64,000 bases of DNA from Ramazzottius varieornatus (Eukaryota > Animalia > Tardigrada), in NCBI GenBank assembly GCA_001949185.1, contig BDGG01000007.1, positions 631,401 to 695,400 of the forward strand. Reading direction: 5' to 3'. Below the pieces are notes generated by a model, which saw only the letters and a program-made list of their open reading frames with translations, was not told where the DNA came from and made no database searches. Numbering within the stretch: the stretch's first letter is position 1; each line of letters starts with the position of its first letter. Positions 12,258 through 24,900 of this stretch are shown piece after piece. The translations under genes and the position numbers were made by a program.

Positions 12258-14012
12258 TTGCCAGCCTTGAACCTGAAAAGAGAAAGCTAAAACAAACAAA
12301 AACAGGCTTTAACAAGGAAAGTTAAAAACATGCGGTTAAACGCAACAAAGGTTCTGGAAGCCTGTAAAAAGAGAAATGACTTCGTCGCCAAGCTTTCTTT
12401 CCGCACGTCGAAAACAGCACCTTCAGCCATGCATTCCGAAACTCCACCTCCTGTGGTAGTATACTGACCGTTGGTCAACATGGTCCAGCTTCCGTCCAGC
12501 CAGTGAAAAGACTCAACTTCCTTTAGACCTGCCCACAAAAGGCGTGGCCGACCCGTCACCATCTTGTTTTTCCTGAATGTAATCTGGTCTGACGATCGGC
12601 CTGCTATTGTTCAGAATTTCCAGATCCGGGTCTCGTCGATCAGAAATTTCGCGTTTGCCTTGGGTCGGCAGTTTCACGAGATACGTTTCATGGGGACCTG
12701 GATGAATCCCCTGCATGGAAATGCAAGAGATGAAACAACAGTGTGCCTTCCGGTAGAGAAACATGAGTTCGAAAATGAAATTAAAGTACATGGTTGTAGG
12801 GAACCGGAAGTCAGCAGACACGCGATAACTGTATAATGTTCTCATTCTCTCGACCAGACGACAAAGCATGTGAAATCGCGTGTAGTTCAGTATTCAGTTT
12901 CTGACTTTGTGGATTCTCCAGAGACCTACATGGGTAACCGATTCCAAATGAGACAGTACGCCACTGCACTTTAGTTGTTTCCGATATTTGTTCAATGAGA
13001 CTTATTGGTTCAAGTTCGGACGACTCGCGTGCACTTTCTTAGAGGTCTTCTGATCCTTCAACAGTGGGATTATTTTCACGTAATTACCCGAAATCAAGGC
13101 AAAGTCAGATCGGGGACTCGCGGTTGCACAAATGTAACGTTGTTACTACTTCTTTGCCGGATCCCAGTTGGCAAGCAGAGATTGCCGAAGCCAAGCCCCA
13201 GTCTTGCTGAGCCAAGCAATTACCAGTGACGGTGGGATTGAGAAGATAGAGGCATAGTACTCCAACTGAGCTTGAGTGAGTTCTCCTCTTTTCATCATAG
13301 GAGAAGAATGTCAAGCGTACAATCTTGATTGCACCGCGTACATCCAGCTCCCAACTTGCAGTCCAGCTTAGCGAGTCGGAGTTCCGTCTCTCATTACAGC
13401 AACAGGATGGCGGCAGGGACTCGCAGCATGTAAAATGATAGCACGTGATCGAAAAATGGCAGTTGCAGAAATTTCGGTCGACATCGGCGTCCAGTCTTTA
13501 ATATCCTCCTTTCCCATCATGTAATTTAGATCCTGGATTTAGATCCTGGACTGCTCCTTTTGCCGGTCTTCCTTCTTGATCTTGGGTTCACAAGATGTCG
13601 ACCTGTCATTTATATCAGTGACCCATCTCCGCTGTATAATTATTGCGTTTGAAGCTTCAACTTCATCCAACCGCGCAGATGCTTTCAAGTCACGGCCCTT
13701 TAATTAATTTGTCCCGATCTCTGCTTTCCTCTCACCGTTTCCAATTTTCCAAGGATAGCGATGCAACTCGCTACGCTTCGGACTTGTTTCGATTTTTGCC
13801 GCTGATTAAAACGCTGACACCCTGAATTATTTCTAAATCGAAAGATGAGCCGTGAGATCATTCATTTGGATGTCCTCCACAGCGTATTCGCGTGAGGCAG
13901 GATTCTTTCGACTATAAGTAATTGCTTCAAGCGAAGCCAACACTTGGAGCAAACGATGGAACTCCTGACAGGCCAAGCCAGTACACTCAGTTCGCCGAAT
14001 ATCCATCCAGAT

Positions 14013-17000
14013 ATGGCGGACAATTCCGATGCCAAGCCTGATGAGGTCTTTTACGAGATGGAGGACTTCGAGTATTTCCCCTTTGGCTACCGTGTTGCTG
14101 CAACCATCGTCCACGTCGTCATTTTCGTCCTCGGTCTGGTCGGCAACATCGTTCTGCTGATTGTCGTTCGGAAGAACCGCAGCCTGCAGAGTCCCACGTT
14201 CGCCTACTTGGTACGGTTAGAGTGGTCCTTGAAAACGTGATCCTATTATTGACAAATGGACGTCTGAGGTACCGGTATGGGTTGCAATTGATTGTAGTTT
14301 GTACCACTTTTTTTCAGGTATCGTTGGCCTACGCGGATTTGATCGTGCTTTTGTCAGCGGTTCCGGAATCCCTTGTTCAGCATCACATTGGCAGGCAATG
14401 GCTCCTGGGACAAGCCGGTTGCTCGCTTTTAGTTTTCTTCAACTTCCTGGGGATCAACGCTGGAAGCTTGAGGTGGGTTTTTCCGATTGAACTTCGCGAC
14501 TTGAGCAAACCTACGCATTTTGCTTCAATAACAAGCGGGCAAGGGTGACGGTAAGAGAGTCCAAAAATGTACTGATAAGGGGATAGCGGCAACCGTTAAA
14601 TCCCGATGGTCAAACCGATATCGCTTGAAGATAGAGGAGAGTTTCCTCTACAGTTTGAGCTATAGACCTAGTCAGAAAAAAAATCCTGGAAGATACTGCG
14701 AAATTCGAACCTTACGACTTCCGGTCGCTGCAGTGACGTTAAAAATGGGTGTTGGATAGAACCAGATGGATGAAGCCAACGAAATTTGCGCACATAGCAA
14801 AATAAAATTCTCATTGGCCGAGTCGTAAATAATCTCCAGCTGCAGTATTACGCCCATTTTTAACGGTTAATTTTGTCGTACACTGTAGTATGCCGTCCGG
14901 TTCCAGCCGAACGAAACAGCTGATCGGCAAGCCATTTCATGTTCAATCAAATACTCAATCAAACAGCCCTACGTCACTGCAGCGACCGGAAGTCGTAAGT
15001 TTCGAATTTCGCAGTATCTTCCAGGATTTTCTCCTGACTAGGTCTATAGCTCAAACTGTAGAGGAAACTCTCCTCTACCTTCGAGCGATATCGGTTTGAC
15101 CATCGGGATTTAACGGTTGTCGTTATCCCCTTGTGAGTTTTTTTCTGGATATGCTGTTATGGCTGCGGCGGAAGCACATGCGATCTCGCAGTTTCTTATA
15201 TGAATGTTGAATGACACATGTTTCGGTAAGTTGACGCACCGATAGCGCTCGGCGAACGACGCCTTTATTGATTGGAAAAACTAATGTACTAAGCCTTTTT
15301 CGGGAACGGGGATAAATTTTATCAACCCCGCTGTACCGCCGCAGCTTCCGATGGACGACCGCGGGATAACGATATCTGAAGTGCCGGTCCCGGTGGGGCA
15401 AGCTTGACACTAAAACTTAATGTTGATGCGTCTGTAGTTTGATAGAGAGCTGGGTGGAAAATAAACCGCTAATTTTGTCATAACGAGCGCAAGGCCACGG
15501 AAAGATAAGTGCAAGGGAAATACCTTTAGGGTTTACTATAATTTTCACTGTAACTGCTCCTGCGTATGCTCTTCGAAGGGTAATTCGAGATGTTGTTTCA
15601 CGCGCGGCACTTTCCCGTGATCGGCCTTTCCTGTGATTCCCGTGATTCCCGTGATTCCGGCCTTTCCCGTGATCGTACGAAAACTAAATGTTCTGAGTGT
15701 TACTGAATAGATCATGACACATGGAAGGTTTCAGAATTTTGTGGCCATGGAATGATTTACGTGCGCGTGCCGTCATTCGACTGAAAAATACGGAGAGAAG
15801 GTGCGCCGAATCAAGCTATCCAACCGAAAATCTTACGAATATCCCGACTGGAACGCGACACCGAAAGCATGCTCGATAAGCACTGCATGGGTGCGGTTTG
15901 ACAGATGTTGCCACCGGGCTCTCAACATTAGTAGTTTTGAGTAATACTATGTAGTACAATATTTTCATGTCGTGGTCGAGAAGTAACTTATACTGACTCT
16001 AATCCAACCCAGATTCAGAGTGACCAGATGTCGATCATGCTTGTGTCGTCATACAGAGTAATGCTATTAATACATCTTCGAAACTCAGCTTACGAATTAG
16101 AAGAAGGTAATCTTGCTTTATACTGGAAGGAGAAATGTCCATCAAACTGCTGTTAAATGTAGACAACAATTTCATCAGAGAACTTATCAAACGCATCATT
16201 GGTCTCTCGACAGCTGTCAGTGTATTACAGTATCATAGTAGAATCCTTCTATTTTATTGATGTTGGCATAAGGGTAGCTCGACCTAATATAATTTTAATT
16301 CAATAAGCCCGAGCCAGACTTCTAGTATAATCTTGGTATTATATGCCCCGGCCTCAGAGCATTAGTATGATATTAAAATATTAACTTGTTTTGTCGGGTT
16401 CTTATTACAACATATTATAATATTCCAGTTATCTTCAGGTCCGCACAGTAGCGCGCTCGCTGTGGACGCAGACCAGAATTGTTTTCATTAACTGAAGCCA
16501 AAATTCGCATTTTAATAAGATATAGAGCGCCTTGCGGCTTGATTTTCATATAATATTCCAACTTCGGCTCTCATCTAATCCAAGACTAATAGATATCCCA
16601 CCTCGACTGACGCATCTAATAAATGTTAATATGAAATATCAGATGCCAAAAGCATCTAAGCACAAAATAAGTTCTAATTTATCATAATATCCATATACGC
16701 CAACATCACTATTCTATTGAACAGAAATTTTATGAACAAGTTTTTCCCACGCCGGAAACCAAGGGCAAATCCCACCGTGACCTACTTCCTGCCATCTGCT
16801 CACAGTGAACATGTTTTGTTGTGTTCTTGTAGTATTCTGGCCTTCACTTTGGAACAATACATTGCGATATGTGGCGATTGCTCCCGTCGATTCCACATGA
16901 GCGACCGCACCAACAAATACGTCCTCGGCATCTGGATCTGCTCCGTCCTGTACTGTGCACCCTGGCTGGGACTGACCCATGTTCAGCCGGACGCCGACGA

Positions 17001-18162
17001 CCACACCCGTCAACAGTGCGAACTCCGTCTGACTCGCGAAACATACATCGGGTTCTTTGGGGCCGACTTGCTCCTCTTCTACGTCCTGCCTCTTATCATC
17101 GCGTTGTTCGTCTACACAAAGATTGTCTTTCTGTTGTTCAAGTCGGCCAGGTACTGCAGCCGGGGTTCGCCCTGCCTAAGTCTGTCAAGGTCGAACCTGA
17201 ATGAGGCCTCTAACTCCAACAGTCAACAAGTAACACCGGTACTTCATTACACCAAAGGTCTCGCTTGCACCACATCGGCTACGATGCTCTTTGGGCGGGT
17301 ATTAAACCATCAGGTGTCAGAGAACATAGAGGAAAGGAGAGGCTGGCTGGTACAGTCGCGTTCTCAGGTTCGTGGCCAAATAAATCCTGACTGCGCTATC
17401 ATCAATACTACTGCTTAGATTTCCACTACTGTACACGTACTGGCGTTAGTACGAATCCAGAGACCTGCACACCCCTAAACGTTCGACAGAACGTCGCAGT
17501 GAAGCCGTTCGCTAACTACTGTAAAATCTAGAACAGTCCCGGTACCTAAATACGAAACTTAATTTGTTTTAATCTAATTACCGAGTTTAGATATCTAATG
17601 GTTGTTGTTTCGATCGGTCTCACTTGTCGGATTCCCTCTAATCTTTTCTCGGCGTAAAATGTCGAGGACGTACATCAGCTGTGCTAAATTGGCATTTACA
17701 CTTTTTCGGTTTTGCTCATTTGCAGGTCACGCGGATGTTGATTGCCATCGTAATCTTTTTCGCCATAGCCTGGCTTCCGTACCGCGGTCTGCTGGTCTAT
17801 AACACCTTCCAGAAGGAGGAATGGTTGGACATCTGGTACGTCTTCTTCGCGAAAACACTGATATATGCCAATTCCGCCATGAACCCTTACCTGTACAACG
17901 CCATGAGCCGACGTTTCCGTCTGGCCGTCTACCGCACCCTTTGTCGCGCAAGCGCTAAGAAGAGTAGGTCGCCTTAGTTTTCAATCAGGACAGGTTTCAC
18001 CATGTATTCCCGGAAAGTATGCTGGTAGTTCTGACCTCGATATTTCTCTCGGCAGAGAAACAACTGTCGAAGAAACGCACCCTGTACCAAAGACCACCAC
18101 GCTACGAAGAACCCCAGTTCGAACCGGTGCCACAACAACGCGGTCGTCTGCGAACACTTTGA
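14013..18162 (+). CDS. Class A GPCR, TRH-receptor-like; exons ~14013-14210, 14318-14472, 16833-17367, 17726-~17963; last exon uncertain
   Basis: GLVGNIV, YLVSLAYAD, LGINAGSLSILAFTLEQYIAIC, YCAPW, AWLPYRGL, YANSAMNPYLYNAMSRRFR motifs typical of TRHR-type receptors. Confidence 0.88.
14577..15132. mobile_element. Foldback MITE with ~165-bp TIRs in GPCR intron 2
   Basis: AAGGGGATAGCGGCAACCGTTAAATCCCGATGG...GCAGTGACGT mirrored at ~14971-15132; TSD not clean. Confidence 0.85.
15611..15672. repeat. Short TTCCCGTGA tandem repeat
   Basis: Several adjacent TT(C/T)CC(G/T)GTGAT units. Confidence 0.6.
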
Positions 18163-18958
18163 CTTCGTTTCGCATTTTATTCCACCCATCCACTATCTCT
18201 GCTGCACAGAGTACTACCGACACGTCCGTCTATATTCCCAGCCGTCACAATTTTCTTCGTCTAACTGTTCGGATCCCGAAAAACAAAGTCATAAAGCTTG
18301 TGTTATCAGGTGGCGCACCTTTTCAGCGATATTGGCAGGAAGCATGCGCCACTCGGAAAAATAACGTGGCCGATCTTCAAGTGACGCATCTTATTAGTGC
18401 TGTTGGCTGCGGGCAAGCGCCATTAGGAAAAACAATGTTGTCGAGCTTGTTTGCTTAGACCCATTTTCCTTCCGTCTTTTACAAAACATATCCATGCTTG
18501 GTAGGCTAGGCGGACATCAAACTTCAACGTGGACAAGCGATAAAAAACACAAACCAGAGAGGAAGTTAAATTAATAAAAAAACATCAAAGGAGGATAATC
18601 TTTCGCAGAGGCTCTCTTTGTGACTAAAAAGGCCACCACAAGTCTCCCGTCGTCAAAAGAACGACAGTATATTCTCCGTAAAAACATATGTCAATGTAAC
18701 ACTATGGATAAAAAAGAGAAAACAGAAAATTTCCAGCAAATAATTTTCACGTCATGTTTTCCAACGGGTAAACCCATTCCTTAATAATTAAATAGGGTGT
18801 GTTAATAAATACGAGGAGTTATGTATCACAGATCAACAGTAGCGAACAATCGTTTTCGAGTTCAGGTTCCGCCATTCTACGCCAACATGGCCTGGTTCAA
18901 GGCGAGGTAGGTTGTGACTAGAGGAGACTTTTCTTGTTCCTTCCTTGTGAAGACTATG

Positions 18959-21900
18959 TTAGAGAAGCGCCGCTGCGGTAAAGTACAGTTGCATCAATAC
19001 TTGGATGTGGTGAGGAAGACAGGAGCGTCGGTCGTGGGTACCGGGATTCATAATCAACCACGACAGGGCATTGTAGCATTCCAAAACATGCCTGGGCGGA
19101 AACGGAGAAAAACGTGTGATCGTAGCATTTGATATATTCAACAAACGGAAGCTCGGCCAACAACGAACAGACGCTTTCCCATATGGCGCACGCGTCCAGC
19201 CAATAGCATCACAACGTGCGCCACTTCACAAGACAAACTTGCCGAGTTTCCAAAGTGGCGCACGCCTGCAGCTAGTAAACCGGCAAAAGTGCGCCACTTG
19301 CGAAGACGATCTCGTCAAATTATATGCCGGGCTTCCAAATCAGATCACGCTACATTAAGCGTCTATTCACTTACTTCAAGACGTCGGCAGTCAAACTCGA
19401 GTCTAAGGGATGTGTGGCTTTGTTATTGGAGGTATGGTATGGATCGTCGCCTTGCAGAACATTCGCATTGTGAATGTGCAAAGCCGCCTAAACACCCAAC
19501 ATGCGTCAATTTCCTACTCGATGAAGGCATGCAGGTCCTAAAATACCTTAAGAACGACAGGACAAGCCAGCTCATCCTGGTCGGTGGAGCTGAAGAACCA
19601 CCTAGGCATCGCACCAAGCTTCGCGGTCGACACGAAGTAACCCAAAGCCAGCGGTTGCTGTAAGAGCTGACCGGGTTCGTCCGTTATTCCTTCCACACCC
19701 TACAAATACACGACGAAACGATTAAAGTTTGCTACCGAATTTGTTTCGAAAGAAAAAACAAAAGTGAACCAAAGGGACTTTTCGAAATTTTTCAATACTT
19801 TTATGCTTTCGGGCACGGCCTTGACTTTGATCACAGCCCTGAGTGAGGCTCGGCCCTAAACACAACGCGGCCTTGACTGCCAGTACGAACCTTATTGCCA
19901 CCGTGGTTCTCGTTCATCTTGGGCGACAGCGGTCTGTTCAAATCTTCTTTGGGAGCTTCCACCGGACTGGGAATCTGTGCGGTATCGAAGACAAAGTCAC
20001 TACCCAAGAAATCGAATTCTGCGCCAAAAGCATCCACGGCTCCCACGTCGTCTTGACCAAACAGGAGGTCTACGTCTTCCACACCGCCGATGCCCTCGGT
20101 GTGTAGCTCGGGCAACCCATGCGCCACTGCGCGGGCTGATGTAGGAAAGACGTAGATGTGCGTGCAGGAGATGTCTTCGGGAGAGGAGAGGGGGTTAAGG
20201 GCGGCAGCGGAAGGCAGACGCTCGTCGTGGGTAAAGGTATCGACTGCCACGGTGAAGGACGATTCGAGCTGGAGGGAAACTAGGCAGGCCGAGAGTATGG
20301 ACGGCATGTCGAGTGCGCCGTTCAGGTTGCACTGGAGACAGAGCTGCTTGAGCGTCTGCCCGGCTCGGGCCAGAGCTTTCTTAGAGAGAATACTGGACCA
20401 CACTGCGAGAAAATACAATCAGTATCGTTTCCTAGGGTCATGACACGTCTAACGCGAACCTGCATACACCGCAGCGTATGTTTATTGGACCCTGTATGTA
20501 TGCAGGGAAGTGCTACGCATGCGGAATACAACCTGCATACCGAAGCAGCACAGTAGGCGTGCGGCTTTATGTATGTAGGTACGTGACGGTAGATGAATTT
20601 TACCCGCTGACGTCTGAAACTTGTTTCTTAGACAGGAGAGATTCCTTCGCACAGTACCTTTGAGTTCGCCATGGCCCAAACGTCCGACACGACCGATGAT
20701 AAGTCGACAAGGACCAACCAACTTGGTGACAACGCTGAGGATGAAATCCCACATCTTCTTCAGACCGTATCGAAGGACACCGACACCTTTCTTCCTCATT
20801 CTACAACATCATGAAACCGTGTCACCCGTGCAAACTTTCCAAGAGTGAGTTCAGTGAGTCGAGATACTGACCGGTTGGGAACAGCAACGCTGATGAGCTG
20901 CGTCTCGAGAATCTCGCCCACATCGTCCGTACAGCTTACAAAGAGGAACTTCTGGTCTTCCGACAGACAATAAGCAAAGAGCAGCGTGGTGGACTTGTCT
21001 CGGTTCTCCATGTCCAAGAAGTCGTTACCCTTCCTAGAGTCTTTCTTAAGAGACAGGACGTACGGTGGGGTGTAGGCGAAGCTGTCCCGGGCCTTCCGTT
21101 CTTCCAGCCACTGCTTGAAGGCCGTAGCGGGACCGAAGCCGGTCAGCATCTTGGGTGGTTCTCTGGCTGGAAGACGTCTTTGATTCTGTGCGTAGACACT
21201 GAGCGCTAGGCTTCGAAGAACGTCACTGCGACCACCACGAGGTTCGGTCTCCTGCTTGTGGTCTAGGATGGTCGGAAGAGGGATGATTTGGAGGACAACG
21301 CTCTCGCGGAGCGACTCTGGGAGGACTTTCAGCATTTCTTGGTAACTACAGCAAGAAAGATCGAGTTTTTCCACCCACACTCAACAACCTGGATTCGTAC
21401 AGCTATAAAGTCTGGAAGTATTAACGATCCTGCATACATCTAACCTTCCCAAAACCACTGCCTCCGTCTGCAGATACGAGGAAGTCCACACAGACCATCA
21501 ATCACACACATGCGTACAACAAACCATTCCGTGACTAAAGTCGTCAGTATGCAGGTGTATAATGAGTGGTTCAACAGCTCTCACGCACCCACATACCTGA
21601 GCATGGCCAAGTTTATCAGAGCAATGTATGCAGGTGGGTGATAACGAAGCTGAGAAGCTTTTCACACCAGATATTGTACGAAGAAGCTCTGAAAATTTGC
21701 AATACCTTCGAAGGAGACCAATGCTAGCCAGGCGATGTACTGCTTCCCATCCGGGCCCAACTGACACCGAGAAAGGGTCCATAACATACACGACGATGAG
21801 CGGATGCGTATCGTCCTTCTCCGGGTAGCCCGTATCCAGCGGATAGTTGGGCAGCTGTTGAGTCAAAACACTAGCTGGCATACCGGCATAGCTAGCCGGG

Positions 21901-24900
21901 TTGACTTCCGAAGGACTCGAGGCAGCCGCACCGCTTTCGGTCAGTATCTTCACCGGGACGATGGGAGGTGGCGCGAAGACTTGGGCGATGTTACCGTTAT
22001 CTTCCGACATGGTAATCAACGGACCTGCAAGCACCTTCGAGTTGTTAAACACGGTCAGTTTCGTAGTGAGATCGACCTTACCGAGGTAGCTGCGACATGT
22101 GAAGCCATAAAGCCTCAACCGAGCAGCCAACGGCGAGTCTCCGATCGTGTGGAACCACTCATCCACTTCGTCGCTCTGACTGTTATCCGCACGGCTTTGC
22201 TTGACAACCAGAAGTCCATCGATCAGTTTCGGGAAAGGGATATGCCTTCCCAACCCACACATCTACAAAGAAAAACAGAAAGGGGTGGAAACCCTCGCAA
22301 AAACAACGGCAAAATTGAAACCGTAAATTACTACCCCATGTTGCCATTCGTTACCGATTGCTCATCGGGGTGATCATTTACGGAAAAAACGATTAGAGGT
22401 TCTTCCTACCTCGTAGGCCTTGCTAAGGTCTCGGAAAAACGTCCTGGCGCTCTGCACGACAAAGTCATGTTCGGGCGCCAGGACGATATACGTCGCGTCT
22501 CTCTTGGCTCCATACGGTTCGAAGGCCATCTTCTCCCAGAAGGCATAAGCCGTGGGTGCCAGCCTCAGCCACTCTTTCTCATAGCCCACCACCAGGGACG
22601 GTATCCCCAGTGGCACTTTCTGTTCTTCCATCACTTCTTTGTCCGCGAACCTCAGAAAGTCTTTCCACGTCAAGGGACCTTCCACTGTGAAGACCTTGTC
22701 CCACAGGCGTGTTTGGCGTCGCAGCTGTACGGCTTCTTGAAGCATCGGCTGGATCATGCGCCGCACGCTAACGGCTTCGGCGGTGTTGCGGATGGAAGAG
22801 CCTTCTTGATGCCAGATGTGGAGGGTTGGACGGTGTTGGAAGTGACCTTGCAGTGGGAGAATGTCCAGACATCGATTCTGTGGCTGAAAAAGATGAACCA
22901 TTCCATTTCACACCCTCATTTGAGACCATTTATCTGTGACTGTAACCTCCATACAGGGCCACCATAGAAAGCATACGACTCATTGTATGCAGGTTGACGA
23001 AACACAATGCGACACGCACCTACACCCGTCACTACACTACAGCCTGTATGTACTGTAGGTACACGACGGTCTACCTGCATACATGGATGTCATGATCACG
23101 GTAAGGCGAAGTGTATACAGGTGAATAATGATGTTACAGACAGGCTACAAGATGGCCAAAGGCTTCGGCAAGCTTACCTGAGGGTCGAGGCGGCATAGTT
23201 CGACGACACCGCTACATATCCTGTTCATGTCTTCGAAGACCAGGTCCCATCGTGGATGGATACAGGACGCCTCCTCGACTGCCCGTATCGCTGCGCGGTT
23301 GGTCTTGTACGCCAGTTCATTCTGATGGAAGCTGCTCGAGGACAGGAACGGGTTGCTGATGGCGTCTTTCATCAAACCGATCAGCGACTCGGGAATCTGG
23401 TTGACCAGCTGTTCTTGGTCCACGGTTAGGTTGTTCAGTTCCAGAAGCTTGTGGAGAGGAGGATGAAGGGCTTCCGGCGGGAAATTCTGGATACCGGTAA
23501 TATCGACTTCGTCTTCGAAGAACAAACCGGCGCGAAAACCATACCTAAGTCATGAAAAAAACGTTCGTCAATCTGAAACAGTGAGAAAGTGAATCTTGAA
23601 AATGAGTTACCGGTAAAAGAAACGTACAAGAACATTATCTCAAGTGGCGCACTTCTTCATTGTTGTTAGCTGGAGCAGTGAGCCACTTGAAATAAAGATT
23701 CTCTACGTTTCGTTTGCCTGACCATCCAATACTGAGAGCTTATCAAAAATTTCAAAACTGCAAAATAACCTGAATAAAAAATTAAATTACCGTCTGTTGA
23801 CGACAGCGCTAAAGCCACACTGGCATCTGTACGTCATATCCTGCTGCATCATGTAGGGGTTGGCCGCGAAAAAGCCTCCCGCGTCAACGCTCCTCACATT
23901 CCCCCCACAGACGCACATGATACACTCGTCAAAGTTCTTGTCCGCGAAAAAGTTCATCAACGAGTCGCCCATCATGACATTGACCAGTAAAGCTTGACAT
24001 TCCATCAGCCCATCTCTGCCACCACCAGCAGCACCAGCCACCATCTGTTGCGCCACCGGCAACGGCGACTGAGGTACCATGGCATTCCCCGGTGTCATTT
24101 CCCTCAGATTCAACCCTGAGTTACTTCTCATCATGACTGGCGGTCTCATCGGCGCCCCGAACTCACTGAGCCCACCCTGAAGGTTCGAGCTGGAAGACGA
24201 AGCGAAGCCTGGAGAACCGTGATGGCCTCTCGGCGAGCGGTGACCAAGACTGTTGATACTGTTCTTGTTGGGACTTCGGATGCTACTTCGTTCGTATGGT
24301 GAAGCCAAGCGTCGGAAAACTGAGTGTTGGAACTTGAGTGACATGACCCACGGAGGACGGTACAGCGCGGCTGAGGCTATCCTGGCGAAGTGGATAGAGG
24401 ACTCTGGGTCTTCTTGGAGATGGACTGGAGCGTACTTGGAGGAGGATGGTAAAGCGAAGTTCGCTGGAAGGACCTGAAGAGTCGTGACGGGTTCGATAGC
24501 TGTACTGGAAGGGAAGATGAGGACTTCTTCGTGTTGGTTGGCTTCGATCGAGGGCGGTGTAGGGAACATTTTCGAGAGTTCCGCTGCCGAGATTGTCCCT
24601 ATCAAGGGAAAATCGGTAGGCAGTTCGTTAACGAGAGTTCTCATTTGCGACCTCGGCAAATGACTCACACATTTTCTCTGGAGTGGCGCAAACAATCGGT
24701 CAAAACCGATGAAAACGTGCGCCACTTGGGAGCTCGGCTAGATCGATTTCCCAACTGACGCACGCTTCCAGCCATTAACAATACGAACATGCGCCACTTA
24801 GAAAAAAGGCCATATTCAAGTCATTTGCCGACGTCCCCTCTGGTGTGAGTTTCTCCAACGTACCTGGGACGGCTTCCATGGCATGTTTAGCTTTCGCGAT

